From positions 25,818-89,817 of the forward strand of contig JAESRX010000064.1 in assembly GCA_016764435.1 (NCBI GenBank): a stretch of 64,000 nt of DNA. Reading direction: 5' to 3'. Below the pieces are notes generated by a model, which made no database searches, was not told the DNA's origin, and saw nothing but the letters and a program-made list of their open reading frames with translations. Numbering within the stretch: the stretch's first letter is position 1; each line of letters starts with the position of its first letter. Source of the stretch: Flavobacteriaceae bacterium (lineage in GTDB: Bacteria; Bacteroidota; Bacteroidia; Flavobacteriales; Flavobacteriaceae). Positions 56,083 to 64,000 of this stretch are shown here, piece by piece. A program made the position numbers and the translations under genes.

Positions 56083-56566
56083 ATATAGTAATTTTGCATA
56101 AATATATCATTTTAGCATGAATATTCACTTATAAAAACAATTAAAATCAACACATTACACACTCAACAGCTGATTTAATTGATGTTTCCACAATAAAACA
56201 CCACAAACATTTCACTTACCGAAACACAAACACATTGTTAAAGAATCGGCAACTATGAAGCTCAAATAGTAAAAAGGTTCCAAAACAAAACGCTCTTAGG
56301 TTACTTTATCTTCCCTTTTACAGGACTCCTAACAGAATTCAAAATTTTTATTATATCCGCAAAAAAGCGCTAAAAATCATCATTTTCATAATTTTATGAC
56401 AGGAGACAGCCACAAATTCAATTAGCATCGTTCAATATACCTATATATTAAAGATTTCATAATTAACAATTTGTTTTTAAGGATAAAATAAAACGTTTTC
56501 GTAGATTCATTGTATTATTATTACCAAAACAGTTAGTTTTGTGAAAATACTATAAAACAATATTTT

Positions 56567-59500
56567 ATGAAAAAACAAGGACTTTATTTACCAGAATTTG
56601 AAAGTGCGAACTGTGGAGCGGGATTTATTTGTAATTTAAAAGGTATAAAGTCTAATACAATTATTCATGATGCCTTGGAAATTTTAGAACGGCTAGAACA
56701 TCGTGGTGCGGTGAGTTCCGATGGACGTACCGGAGATGGTGCGGGAATATTAATAGACATTCCGCATGATTTTTTCAAAGCCAATGTGAATTTTGTATTG
56801 CCAGCGGCGAATGAATACGCCGTAGGTACCGTGTTTTTTCCACAAAGTAACAATCAATTAAATTACTGCCAACAACTATTTGAAAAAGAAATAGCGCAAC
56901 AAAACCTAGAAATACTAGGTTGGAGAACAGTTCCCGTAGACAGCAGCCACTTGGGAGAAATAGCCAAAGAGACCGAACCTGTAATCTTACACGTTTTTAT
57001 CGGTAAAAATGGCGCCACATTAAGCGATTTGCAATTCAATGCCAAGTTATTTGCCGCCCGTAAAATAGCAGAGCATGCGATTTCAAAAAGTAAATTATCT
57101 CAAAAAGAGACGTTTTACCTTCCTAGTTTATCTACTAAAACACTTATCTATAAAGGACTTTTAATGCCAGAGGATATTGGACGCTATTATACAGACCTTC
57201 ACAATCCTGCTTTAGTCACTCGTTTGGCATTGGTACATCAGCGTTTTTCTACCAATACCTTCCCTTCTTGGGATTTGGCCCAACCCTTTAGATATATGTG
57301 TCATAATGGGGAAATAAATACGCTAAGAGGAAACGTAAATCGGATGAATGCGCGTGAAGAACTCATGAAATCCGACTTGTTTGGAAAAGACATCGACAAG
57401 TTATTTCCAATTATCAATGCCGGAAAATCAGATTCCGCCTCGATGGATATGGCCGTAGAATTATTATTACTTACCGGACGTAGCTTGCCCGAAGTCATGA
57501 TGATTCTAGTTCCTGAAGCTTGGGAAAAAGACACTTTAATGAAGGGTGATAAAAAAGCATTCTACGAATATAACTCCTGTATAATGGAGCCTTGGGACGG
57601 TCCTGCTTCCATCCCCTTTACCGATGGGAATTTTATTGGCGCACTCTTAGACAGAAATGGATTGAGACCTTCTAGATACACCGTTACCAAAGATGGCTAT
57701 GTAATTATGTCTTCTGAAACGGGTGTGATAGAGATTGCCGATGAAAATATAGAACGACACGGACGGTTAGAACCTGGAAAAATATTCTTGGTAGACATGA
57801 ATGCGGGGAAAATAATAAATGACGCTACCGTAAAACAAGAAATTATAAAAAAACATCCTTACCAACAATGGTTGGATAAAAACTTACTCTCTTTAAGTGA
57901 CATAGAAAATACAGGAAATAAAACACCTCAGGAAGCTATAGACTTGCTCACACGACAGCGCGCTTTCGGATACACCATAGAAGAATTAACAAAACTTATA
58001 ATCCCTATGAGTTTTAATGGAAAAGAAGCCATTGGATCTATGGGAAACGACACTCCTTTAGCGGTGCTTTCAGACCAGCCACAGCTATTGTACAATTACT
58101 TTAAGCAATTATTTGCACAGGTTACAAACCCGCCTTTAGACGGAATTAGAGAAAAAATAGTTACAGATACGAGTCTTACCATTGGTTCTGACTTTAATAT
58201 TTTTGATTTAGACGATAGCCATTGTCAGAAGTTAAAAATAGAAAACCCAATTATTTCGAATCAAGATCTGGACAAGATTAAACATTTGGAACACGAAAAT
58301 TTCAACTCATTTACCATTGCTGGTTTGTATAAAAAAGAGCAAGGATTAAACGGCTTAGAAAACAGCCTGGATGCGATTGTAAACGAGATAGAAAAAGCGG
58401 TGGACAATGGTGCAAACCTAATTCTATTATCGGACAGAGGCGTCAATAAAGAATACGCTCCTATCCCAATGTTACTCATGTGCTCATTTGTGAATGACCA
58501 ACTCAAAAAACGCAATAAACGTTCTAAAGTAGGCATCATTATAGAATCGGCAGAGCCAAGAGAACCTCATCATTTCGCCTTGCTTTTCGGTTATGGAGCC
58601 AGCGCGATTAATCCGTATATGGTGAACGAGATTATCCGACAACAAATCAAAGAAAAACACATTGCAATAGATCCCACGGAGGCCATTCGGAATTTTAACG
58701 AAGCCATTGCCACAGGCATTCTAAAAATAATGAATAAAATTGGGATCTCTACCTTAAAATCCTACAGAGCCTCTCAAATATTTGAAATTTTAGGCTTAAA
58801 AAACACCTTCGTAAATAAATACTTCCCGAATACACCTTCCCGAATTGAAGGGATAGGATTGTACGAAGTAGAACGAGAAATTGACAAAAGACATGTGGAA
58901 GCATTCTCTACATCAGAAATCGCTGGAGGCTTGCCTTTAAAAATAGGAGGCGACTACAGATGGAGACGAAACGGAGAACAGCATCTATTCAACCCTACCA
59001 CCGTTGCTAAATTACAACAGGCTGTACGTGAAAATAGTTTTTCAAAATACGAAGAATATACGGAGCAAATTAACAATCAAGCAACGCGTTTAATGACCAT
59101 CCGTGGATTGTTTGAATTTGTAAACCACGACCCTATTCCTTTAGAAGAAGTAGAACCGTGGACCGCTATTGTAAAACGATTTAAAACAGGTGCCATGTCC
59201 TATGGATCTATCAGCCAGGAGGCACATGAAAATATAGCCATTGCGATGAATCGTATTGGTGGAAAAAGCAATTCTGGTGAAGGAGGAGAAAATACCAATC
59301 GCTTTCGGAAAGAGCTCAATGGAGACAGTAAAAACAGCGCCATCAAACAAGTGGCCAGTGGACGTTTTGGCGTTTCCAGTAATTACTTGACCAACGCCAA
59401 AGAGATTCAGATAAAAATGGCCCAAGGAGCCAAACCCGGTGAAGGAGGTCAATTGCCTGGAGAAAAAGTAGTGCCTTGGATTGCAGAAGTCCGAAACTGC

Positions 59501-61072
59501 ACCCCTTATGTAGGATTAATTTCGCCACCACCACACCACGATATTTATTCCATTGAAGACTTATCACAATTGATTTTTGATTTAAAAAACGCAAACAGAG
59601 AGGCGCGTATCAATGTAAAACTAGTGTCTAAAGTAGGGGTTGGAACCATTGCTGCTGGAGTCGCTAAGGCCAAGGCCGATGTTATTTTAGTTTCCGGTTA
59701 TGATGGAGGAACAGGGGCTTCGCCATTAACATCCTTACGGCACGCAGGACTCCCATGGGAATTAGGAATCGCAGAAACACAGCAAACCTTAGTGATGAAT
59801 AAGCTGCGAAGCCGCATCGTTTTAGAATGTGATGGACAGTTAAAAACAGGAAGAGATGTTGCGATTGCCTGTTTATTAGGTGCGGAAGAATTTGGTTTCG
59901 CCACAGCACCACTCGTCGCATCGGGCTGTATTATGATGCGTGCTTGTCACTTAAACACCTGCCCCGTAGGAATTGCCACACAGGATCCTGAATTGCGTAA
60001 AAACTTTAAAGGAACTCCAGAACACGTGATTAACTTTATGTATTTTATTGCTAGAGAATTGCGGAAAATAATGGCGCAATTGGGCTTTAGAACCATTGAC
60101 GAAATGGTAGGACAAGTGCAGAAGTTAGATACCAATAAAGCCATAGACCATTACAAAGCATCAGGCTTGGATTTATCGTCTATTTTATACCAACCAGAAC
60201 ACGATAGTGACGCGGATTTACGAAATACTTGCCAGCAAGATCATGACTTAGAAAATGTCTTGGATCAAAAAATAGTACGGATTGCACATCCTGCAATCTA
60301 CCGAAAAGAAAAAATGGACTTGGATTTTACGATTAAAAATACGGACAGATCTGTAGGCGCAATCATCAGTAACGAAATCTCCAAAATATACGGCGAATTT
60401 GGATTGCCAGAAGACACCTTAAATTTGACATTTAAAGGTGCCGCTGGACAGAGTTTTGGAGCATTTGCCACCAAAGGACTGACCTTAAAAGTCAAAGGGA
60501 CAACCAATGATTATTTAGGAAAAGGATTGTCGGGTGCCAAATTAATCATTCAAAAACCGGTAAAAACGACTTTTGAATCTCATAAAAATGTAATCACAGG
60601 AAATGTAACATTGTACGGAGCTATTTGCGGAGAAGCCTATATCAACGGAATAGCAGGAGAACGTTTTGCAGTTCGGAATTCGGGAGCCTTTGCTGTTGTA
60701 GAAGGAATTGGAGATCACGGATGTGAATATATGACCGGAGGATCAGTAATTGTCTTAGGAAAAACGGGTCGGAATTTTGCCGCTGGAATGAGTGGAGGAA
60801 CTGCCTATATTTTTGACAAAGACGGTCACTTTAAAAACGGGCTTTGTAATATGGAATTGGTAGCCCTAGAAACACCGAGTAAAGAAGACTACGCTTTTGT
60901 AAAAAAAATGATAGAACGGCAGGTAGCTTACACGAATAGTGGCATTGCAAAATTCATACTTTCAGATTGGAAAACACAAGCAACGCACTTCGTAAAAGTG
61001 ATACCTACAGCTTATAAAAAAGCCTTAGAATTACAAGAAAAGGAAAATGTACAACAAGAAAAAACGGCTTAA
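56567..61072 (+). CDS. gltB: Glutamate synthase large subunit
   Basis: 1501 aa. N-terminal Ntn amidotransferase Cys (ESANCGAGFI), FMN/3Fe-4S central domains and a C-terminal GXGXG beta-helix domain. Confidence 0.95.
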   Translation: MKKQGLYLPEFESANCGAGFICNLKGIKSNTIIHDALEILERLEHRGAVSSDGRTGDGAGILIDIPHDFFKANVNFVLPAANEYAVGTVFFPQSNNQLNYCQQLFEKEIAQQNLEILGWRTVPVDSSHLGEIAKETEPVILHVFIGKNGATLSDLQFNAKLFAARKIAEHAISKSKLSQKETFYLPSLSTKTLIYKGLLMPEDIGRYYTDLHNPALVTRLALVHQRFSTNTFPSWDLAQPFRYMCHNGEINTLRGNVNRMNAREELMKSDLFGKDIDKLFPIINAGKSDSASMDMAVELLLLTGRSLPEVMMILVPEAWEKDTLMKGDKKAFYEYNSCIMEPWDGPASIPFTDGNFIGALLDRNGLRPSRYTVTKDGYVIMSSETGVIEIADENIERHGRLEPGKIFLVDMNAGKIINDATVKQEIIKKHPYQQWLDKNLLSLSDIENTGNKTPQEAIDLLTRQRAFGYTIEELTKLIIPMSFNGKEAIGSMGNDTPLAVLSDQPQLLYNYFKQLFAQVTNPPLDGIREKIVTDTSLTIGSDFNIFDLDDSHCQKLKIENPIISNQDLDKIKHLEHENFNSFTIAGLYKKEQGLNGLENSLDAIVNEIEKAVDNGANLILLSDRGVNKEYAPIPMLLMCSFVNDQLKKRNKRSKVGIIIESAEPREPHHFALLFGYGASAINPYMVNEIIRQQIKEKHIAIDPTEAIRNFNEAIATGILKIMNKIGISTLKSYRASQIFEILGLKNTFVNKYFPNTPSRIEGIGLYEVEREIDKRHVEAFSTSEIAGGLPLKIGGDYRWRRNGEQHLFNPTTVAKLQQAVRENSFSKYEEYTEQINNQATRLMTIRGLFEFVNHDPIPLEEVEPWTAIVKRFKTGAMSYGSISQEAHENIAIAMNRIGGKSNSGEGGENTNRFRKELNGDSKNSAIKQVASGRFGVSSNYLTNAKEIQIKMAQGAKPGEGGQLPGEKVVPWIAEVRNCTPYVGLISPPPHHDIYSIEDLSQLIFDLKNANREARINVKLVSKVGVGTIAAGVAKAKADVILVSGYDGGTGASPLTSLRHAGLPWELGIAETQQTLVMNKLRSRIVLECDGQLKTGRDVAIACLLGAEEFGFATAPLVASGCIMMRACHLNTCPVGIATQDPELRKNFKGTPEHVINFMYFIARELRKIMAQLGFRTIDEMVGQVQKLDTNKAIDHYKASGLDLSSILYQPEHDSDADLRNTCQQDHDLENVLDQKIVRIAHPAIYRKEKMDLDFTIKNTDRSVGAIISNEISKIYGEFGLPEDTLNLTFKGAAGQSFGAFATKGLTLKVKGTTNDYLGKGLSGAKLIIQKPVKTTFESHKNVITGNVTLYGAICGEAYINGIAGERFAVRNSGAFAVVEGIGDHGCEYMTGGSVIVLGKTGRNFAAGMSGGTAYIFDKDGHFKNGLCNMELVALETPSKEDYAFVKKMIERQVAYTNSGIAKFILSDWKTQATHFVKVIPTAYKKALELQEKENVQQEKTA

Positions 61073-61074
61073 TT

Positions 61075-62532
61075 ATGGGAAAAACAACAGGATTTAAAGA
61101 ATATGACAGAGAATTAGAAGGATATAAGCCCGTAGATGAACGTGTGACTCACTATAAGGAATTCACCATTCCACTTGAGAAAAAAGCCATAGAAGAACAA
61201 GGATCTAGATGTATGGATTGTGGCATTCCATTTTGTCATAGCGCATGTCCATTAGGCAACTTAATTCCTGATTTTAACGACATGGTACATCATGGCGAAT
61301 GGGAAAAAGCACTACACATATTACATTCAACAAATAATTTTCCTGAATTTACAGGACGATTGTGCCCAGCACCTTGTGAACAAGCCTGTGTTCTAGGGAT
61401 TATAAAACCACCCATTAGCATCGAAAATCTCGAGAAAAACATCGTAGAGATTGGTTTTAAAAACGGATGGATAAACCCTGCAAAACCATTAATATCAACA
61501 GGGAAATCAGTCGCCATTATTGGCTCTGGCCCTTCAGGACTCGCCGCTGCACAGCAATTAAACCGTGCTGGACATAAGGTCACTGTTTTTGAAAGAGATG
61601 ATAAAGTAGGTGGATTATTACGCTATGGAATCCCTAATTTCAAATTAGAAAAAGAGGTAATAGACCGTAGAGTCGCCATTTTAGAAGCCGAAGGTATTGT
61701 CTTTAAAACAGCTACCGAGGTCGGGAAAAATTACGCCCTCAAAAAATTAGATGCTTTTGATGCCATACTCCTTTGTGGAGGCGCTACCAAAACACGAAGC
61801 CTCCCGATAAAAGGGATCGAAATCCCAGGAGTCGAACAAGCGATGCCCTTTTTAAAACAACAAAACAAACGCAATGCAGGCATTCTCTTTGACGCAAGCG
61901 ATATTTTAGCCACAGATAAAAACGTGATTGTGATTGGTGGTGGTGATACAGGATCGGATTGTATCGGAACTTCCAACCGACAAGGCGCTAAAAATGTGAC
62001 GAATTTTGAAATTATGCCAAAACCACCCGGCGACAGAGCGGAGACAACACCATGGCCTTTTTGGCCTTTGCAACTAAAAACCTCAACATCTCACGAGGAA
62101 GGTTGTGACAGAAATTGGTTGATTTCTACCAAGTCTTTTAATGCCGATGTCCAAGGAAAATTAGAAAGTTTAACCACTATAAATGTGGCTTGGAAATTCA
62201 AAAAAGGAGGACGTCCACAATTAGTAGAAATAGAAGGAACAGAAAAAACATGGCCCTGTGAATTGGTGCTACTAGCCCTCGGATTTACGGGACCTGAAGC
62301 CACTTTAGCCGAGAAATTCGGTATAGAAACAGGCCCAAGATCCAATTATAAAGCCCGTAATTATCAAACAAACAAAGCTCACATTTTTGTAGCAGGAGAC
62401 ATGAGAAGAGGACAATCTTTAATCGTGTGGGCTATTTCTGAAGGACGCGAAGCCGCAAGGTCTATAGACACCTATTTAATGGGAAGTAGTTCCTTACCAA
62501 CGAAAGGAGAGGGAGATTTACCTGCGATGTAA
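61075..62532 (+). CDS. gltD: Glutamate synthase small subunit (NADPH)
   Basis: Two Cys clusters (CMDCGIPFCHSACPLGN, CPAPCEQAC) and FAD/NAD motifs (VAIIGSGPSGLAAA, VIVIGGGDTGSDC). It starts 2 nt after gltB. Confidence 0.95.
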   Translation: MGKTTGFKEYDRELEGYKPVDERVTHYKEFTIPLEKKAIEEQGSRCMDCGIPFCHSACPLGNLIPDFNDMVHHGEWEKALHILHSTNNFPEFTGRLCPAPCEQACVLGIIKPPISIENLEKNIVEIGFKNGWINPAKPLISTGKSVAIIGSGPSGLAAAQQLNRAGHKVTVFERDDKVGGLLRYGIPNFKLEKEVIDRRVAILEAEGIVFKTATEVGKNYALKKLDAFDAILLCGGATKTRSLPIKGIEIPGVEQAMPFLKQQNKRNAGILFDASDILATDKNVIVIGGGDTGSDCIGTSNRQGAKNVTNFEIMPKPPGDRAETTPWPFWPLQLKTSTSHEEGCDRNWLISTKSFNADVQGKLESLTTINVAWKFKKGGRPQLVEIEGTEKTWPCELVLLALGFTGPEATLAEKFGIETGPRSNYKARNYQTNKAHIFVAGDMRRGQSLIVWAISEGREAARSIDTYLMGSSSLPTKGEGDLPAM

Positions 62533-62699
62533 ACGAGTAAGTCCTCCCAAAATTTAAGAAAAAAAGGCATCCTATAACGTTTTAACCGTCTGCATAAGTA
62601 AACTAAAACTTAGACAAACAGCGCTTTAAACATGATAAATGTCATAATTAAGGTAATTTCATACCTCTAACTTAGAGATCAATCTAAAATTATCAAATC

Positions 62700-63221
62700 A
62701 TGAGGGAAATTATAATAGCTATGATCCTAATAGCGACCATCATTTCGTGTAAAACGGATAAAAAAGAAGTAGAAAAAGCAGGCATTCCTACAGCAAAAAC
62801 CACAGAAGTAACAAGTATTAACATTGACGATTTTGACCTAAAAGCAGGAGATTTTGTAAACCAAGAAATAGCATTAACAGGTATCGTGGACCATGTATGT
62901 AAACATGGAGGAAAAAAATTATTACTTGTAAGCGATGGGGCAAAAATTCACGTAACTTCAGAAGAACGCTTTGACGACAAATTAATAGGAAGTGAAATCA
63001 CACTTTCCGGAATCGTAAAAGAAGAAAGAATAGATGAAGCTTACTGTTTAAAAATGGAAAATGACAATATTAAAAATCATTCTGAAGGCAAATACAACAA
63101 TGATGATTTTAAGAAAAAAAAGAAACACATAGAAGAATACAGAGATGAAATGAAGCAGAAAAATGTAGATCATCTCTCTAATTATTCCTTGCAATACGTT
63201 TCACATAACGAAACAAAATAA
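62700..63221 (+). CDS. Hypothetical lipoprotein
   Basis: Lipoprotein signal (MILIATIISCKTD), a Lys-rich segment and no recognised domain. It lies 6 nt upstream of the next gene. Confidence 0.6.
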   Translation: MREIIIAMILIATIISCKTDKKEVEKAGIPTAKTTEVTSINIDDFDLKAGDFVNQEIALTGIVDHVCKHGGKKLLLVSDGAKIHVTSEERFDDKLIGSEITLSGIVKEERIDEAYCLKMENDNIKNHSEGKYNNDDFKKKKKHIEEYRDEMKQKNVDHLSNYSLQYVSHNETK

Positions 63222-63227
63222 AGAATT

Positions 63228-63782
63228 GTGTTAAAAAAAATACGCAAATGGAGTCGAATTCTCCACAGAGATTTCGGCTTCTTTTTTATTGGAACCACTT
63301 TAACTTATGCTATCTCTGGAATCGCTCTAAATCACATGAGCGACTGGAACCCAAACTACTCAATAGAAACACATAACTTTACAAGTACTATCTCATTAAA
63401 AAAAACAACTTTTGTAAAAAATAATATTTTACAATTATTAGACGAGATAGATGACAGAAATAATTACAAGAAACATTATTATCCAAAACCTGATCAACTT
63501 AAAATATTTTTAGCGGGAGGATCCTCTATCATAATAAACACTACTAATGGTAAAGGAATGGCTGAATACTTAAAAAAACGCCCCCTATTTTACCAAAGTA
63601 ATTATTTACATTATAATCCTACTAGAGCTTGGACATGGTTTTCAGATGCATTTGCAATTGCCTTAATTATGTTTGCGCTTAGCTCCTTATTTATGATCAA
63701 AGGGAAAAAAGGAATTTTAGGAAGAGGAGGAATATATGCCTTACTTGGAATTATTATCCCTATCCTATTTCTAATAATTTAG
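63228..63782 (+). CDS. PepSY-associated TM helix family membrane protein (short form)
   Basis: GTG start. N-terminal IRKWSRILHRDFGFFFIGTTLTYAISGIALNH is the typical PepSY_TM motif, with a second TM pair at the C-terminus. Confidence 0.65.
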   Translation: MLKKIRKWSRILHRDFGFFFIGTTLTYAISGIALNHMSDWNPNYSIETHNFTSTISLKKTTFVKNNILQLLDEIDDRNNYKKHYYPKPDQLKIFLAGGSSIIINTTNGKGMAEYLKKRPLFYQSNYLHYNPTRAWTWFSDAFAIALIMFALSSLFMIKGKKGILGRGGIYALLGIIIPILFLII

Positions 63783-63940
63783 AAATTCTTATTTTTCAGC
63801 TAATAAAAAACAGAATTAACAATATACGAGACTCGTATATTCTTTTTATCAAAACAACTATACAATCTCAATATTTCTACTAGCCTTGATTTTTTTTTAG
63901 TAACTTTCTAAGATGCAATACATTTAACATCAAAGACACT

Positions 63941-64000
63941 ATGAAAAACAGAAAATTATTAATGATTCCAGGCCCCATAGAATTCGAGCCATCGGTATTG
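63941..64000 (+). CDS. 3-prime-truncated class V aminotransferase (alanine-glyoxylate/serine-pyruvate type), first 20 codons
   Basis: MKNRKLLMIPGPIEFEPSVL matches the conserved LLMIPGP(T/I)E N-terminus of class V aminotransferases. The ORF runs off the window end. Confidence 0.55.
   Translation, partial: MKNRKLLMIPGPIEFEPSVL

Noticed and set aside
56083-56566. Riboswitch or leader RNA (for example glutamine-sensing) in the 484-nt region upstream of gltB
   Set aside because: I could not recognise any known riboswitch core or a stable conserved-looking structure by eye. An Rfam scan would be needed.
56665-60507. Many 60-115 aa antisense ORFs inside gltB. The same occurs inside the acyl-CoA synthetase, SSS transporter, kinase, NagB, KdgK, Eda and SusC genes.
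   Set aside because: They are shadow ORFs on the opposite strand of long, motif-rich genes. None has independent support.

Overview
Low-GC, gene-dense chromosomal segment that looks like Bacteroidota, class Flavobacteriia: it has SusC/SusD pairs, many lipoprotein signal peptides and LytTR/LacI regulators. No rRNA, tRNA, CRISPR array, integrase or catalytic transposase was recognised by eye. Block 1 (1-2903 and 15768-23368) is a sulfated/uronic polysaccharide catabolic locus: beta-helix enzyme, CBM-like protein, sulfatase, heparinase II/III-type lyase, kdgK, eda, hexuronate-type MFS transporter, CBM9-like protein and a LacI regulator. Block 2 (about 2959-15731) splits that locus. It is an AT-richer, all-plus-strand set of unrelated accessory genes with one nonsense pseudogene, two TTG-start genes, a dispersed 81-nt intergenic repeat, and the most unusual item in the window: a tight three-gene operon (8392-11880) of a His-box membrane hydroxylase, a KAS III enzyme fused to a heme-oxygenase-like diiron-type domain, and an unknown 299-aa protein. 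Block 3 (24413-30095) is an amino-sugar operon (nucleotidyltransferase, APH-fold sugar kinase, MFS permease, long-form NagB) behind a triple palindromic operator array and a ~1 kb ORF-free leader. Block 4 (30532-42091, minus strand) is a protease-type SusC/SusD locus with an 850-aa zincin and a LytS/LytTR two-component system. Block 5 (42197-44494/44614, start uncertain) is an octaheme cytochrome c-HEAT-TPR lipoprotein. Block 6 (44903-55379, minus strand) is a short-chain carboxylate scavenging module: porin, DUF4212 plus Na+/solute symporter, symporter-domain sensor kinase, receiver-only regulator, and a 1272-aa tandem fusion of two complete acyl-CoA synthetases (PrpE-like plus Acs-like). Block 7 is an orphan InsA-like zinc-ribbon/HTH gene, gltBD, a lipoprotein/PepSY-TM pair and the start of a class V aminotransferase. 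All functional calls come from motif recognition by eye, with no database search.
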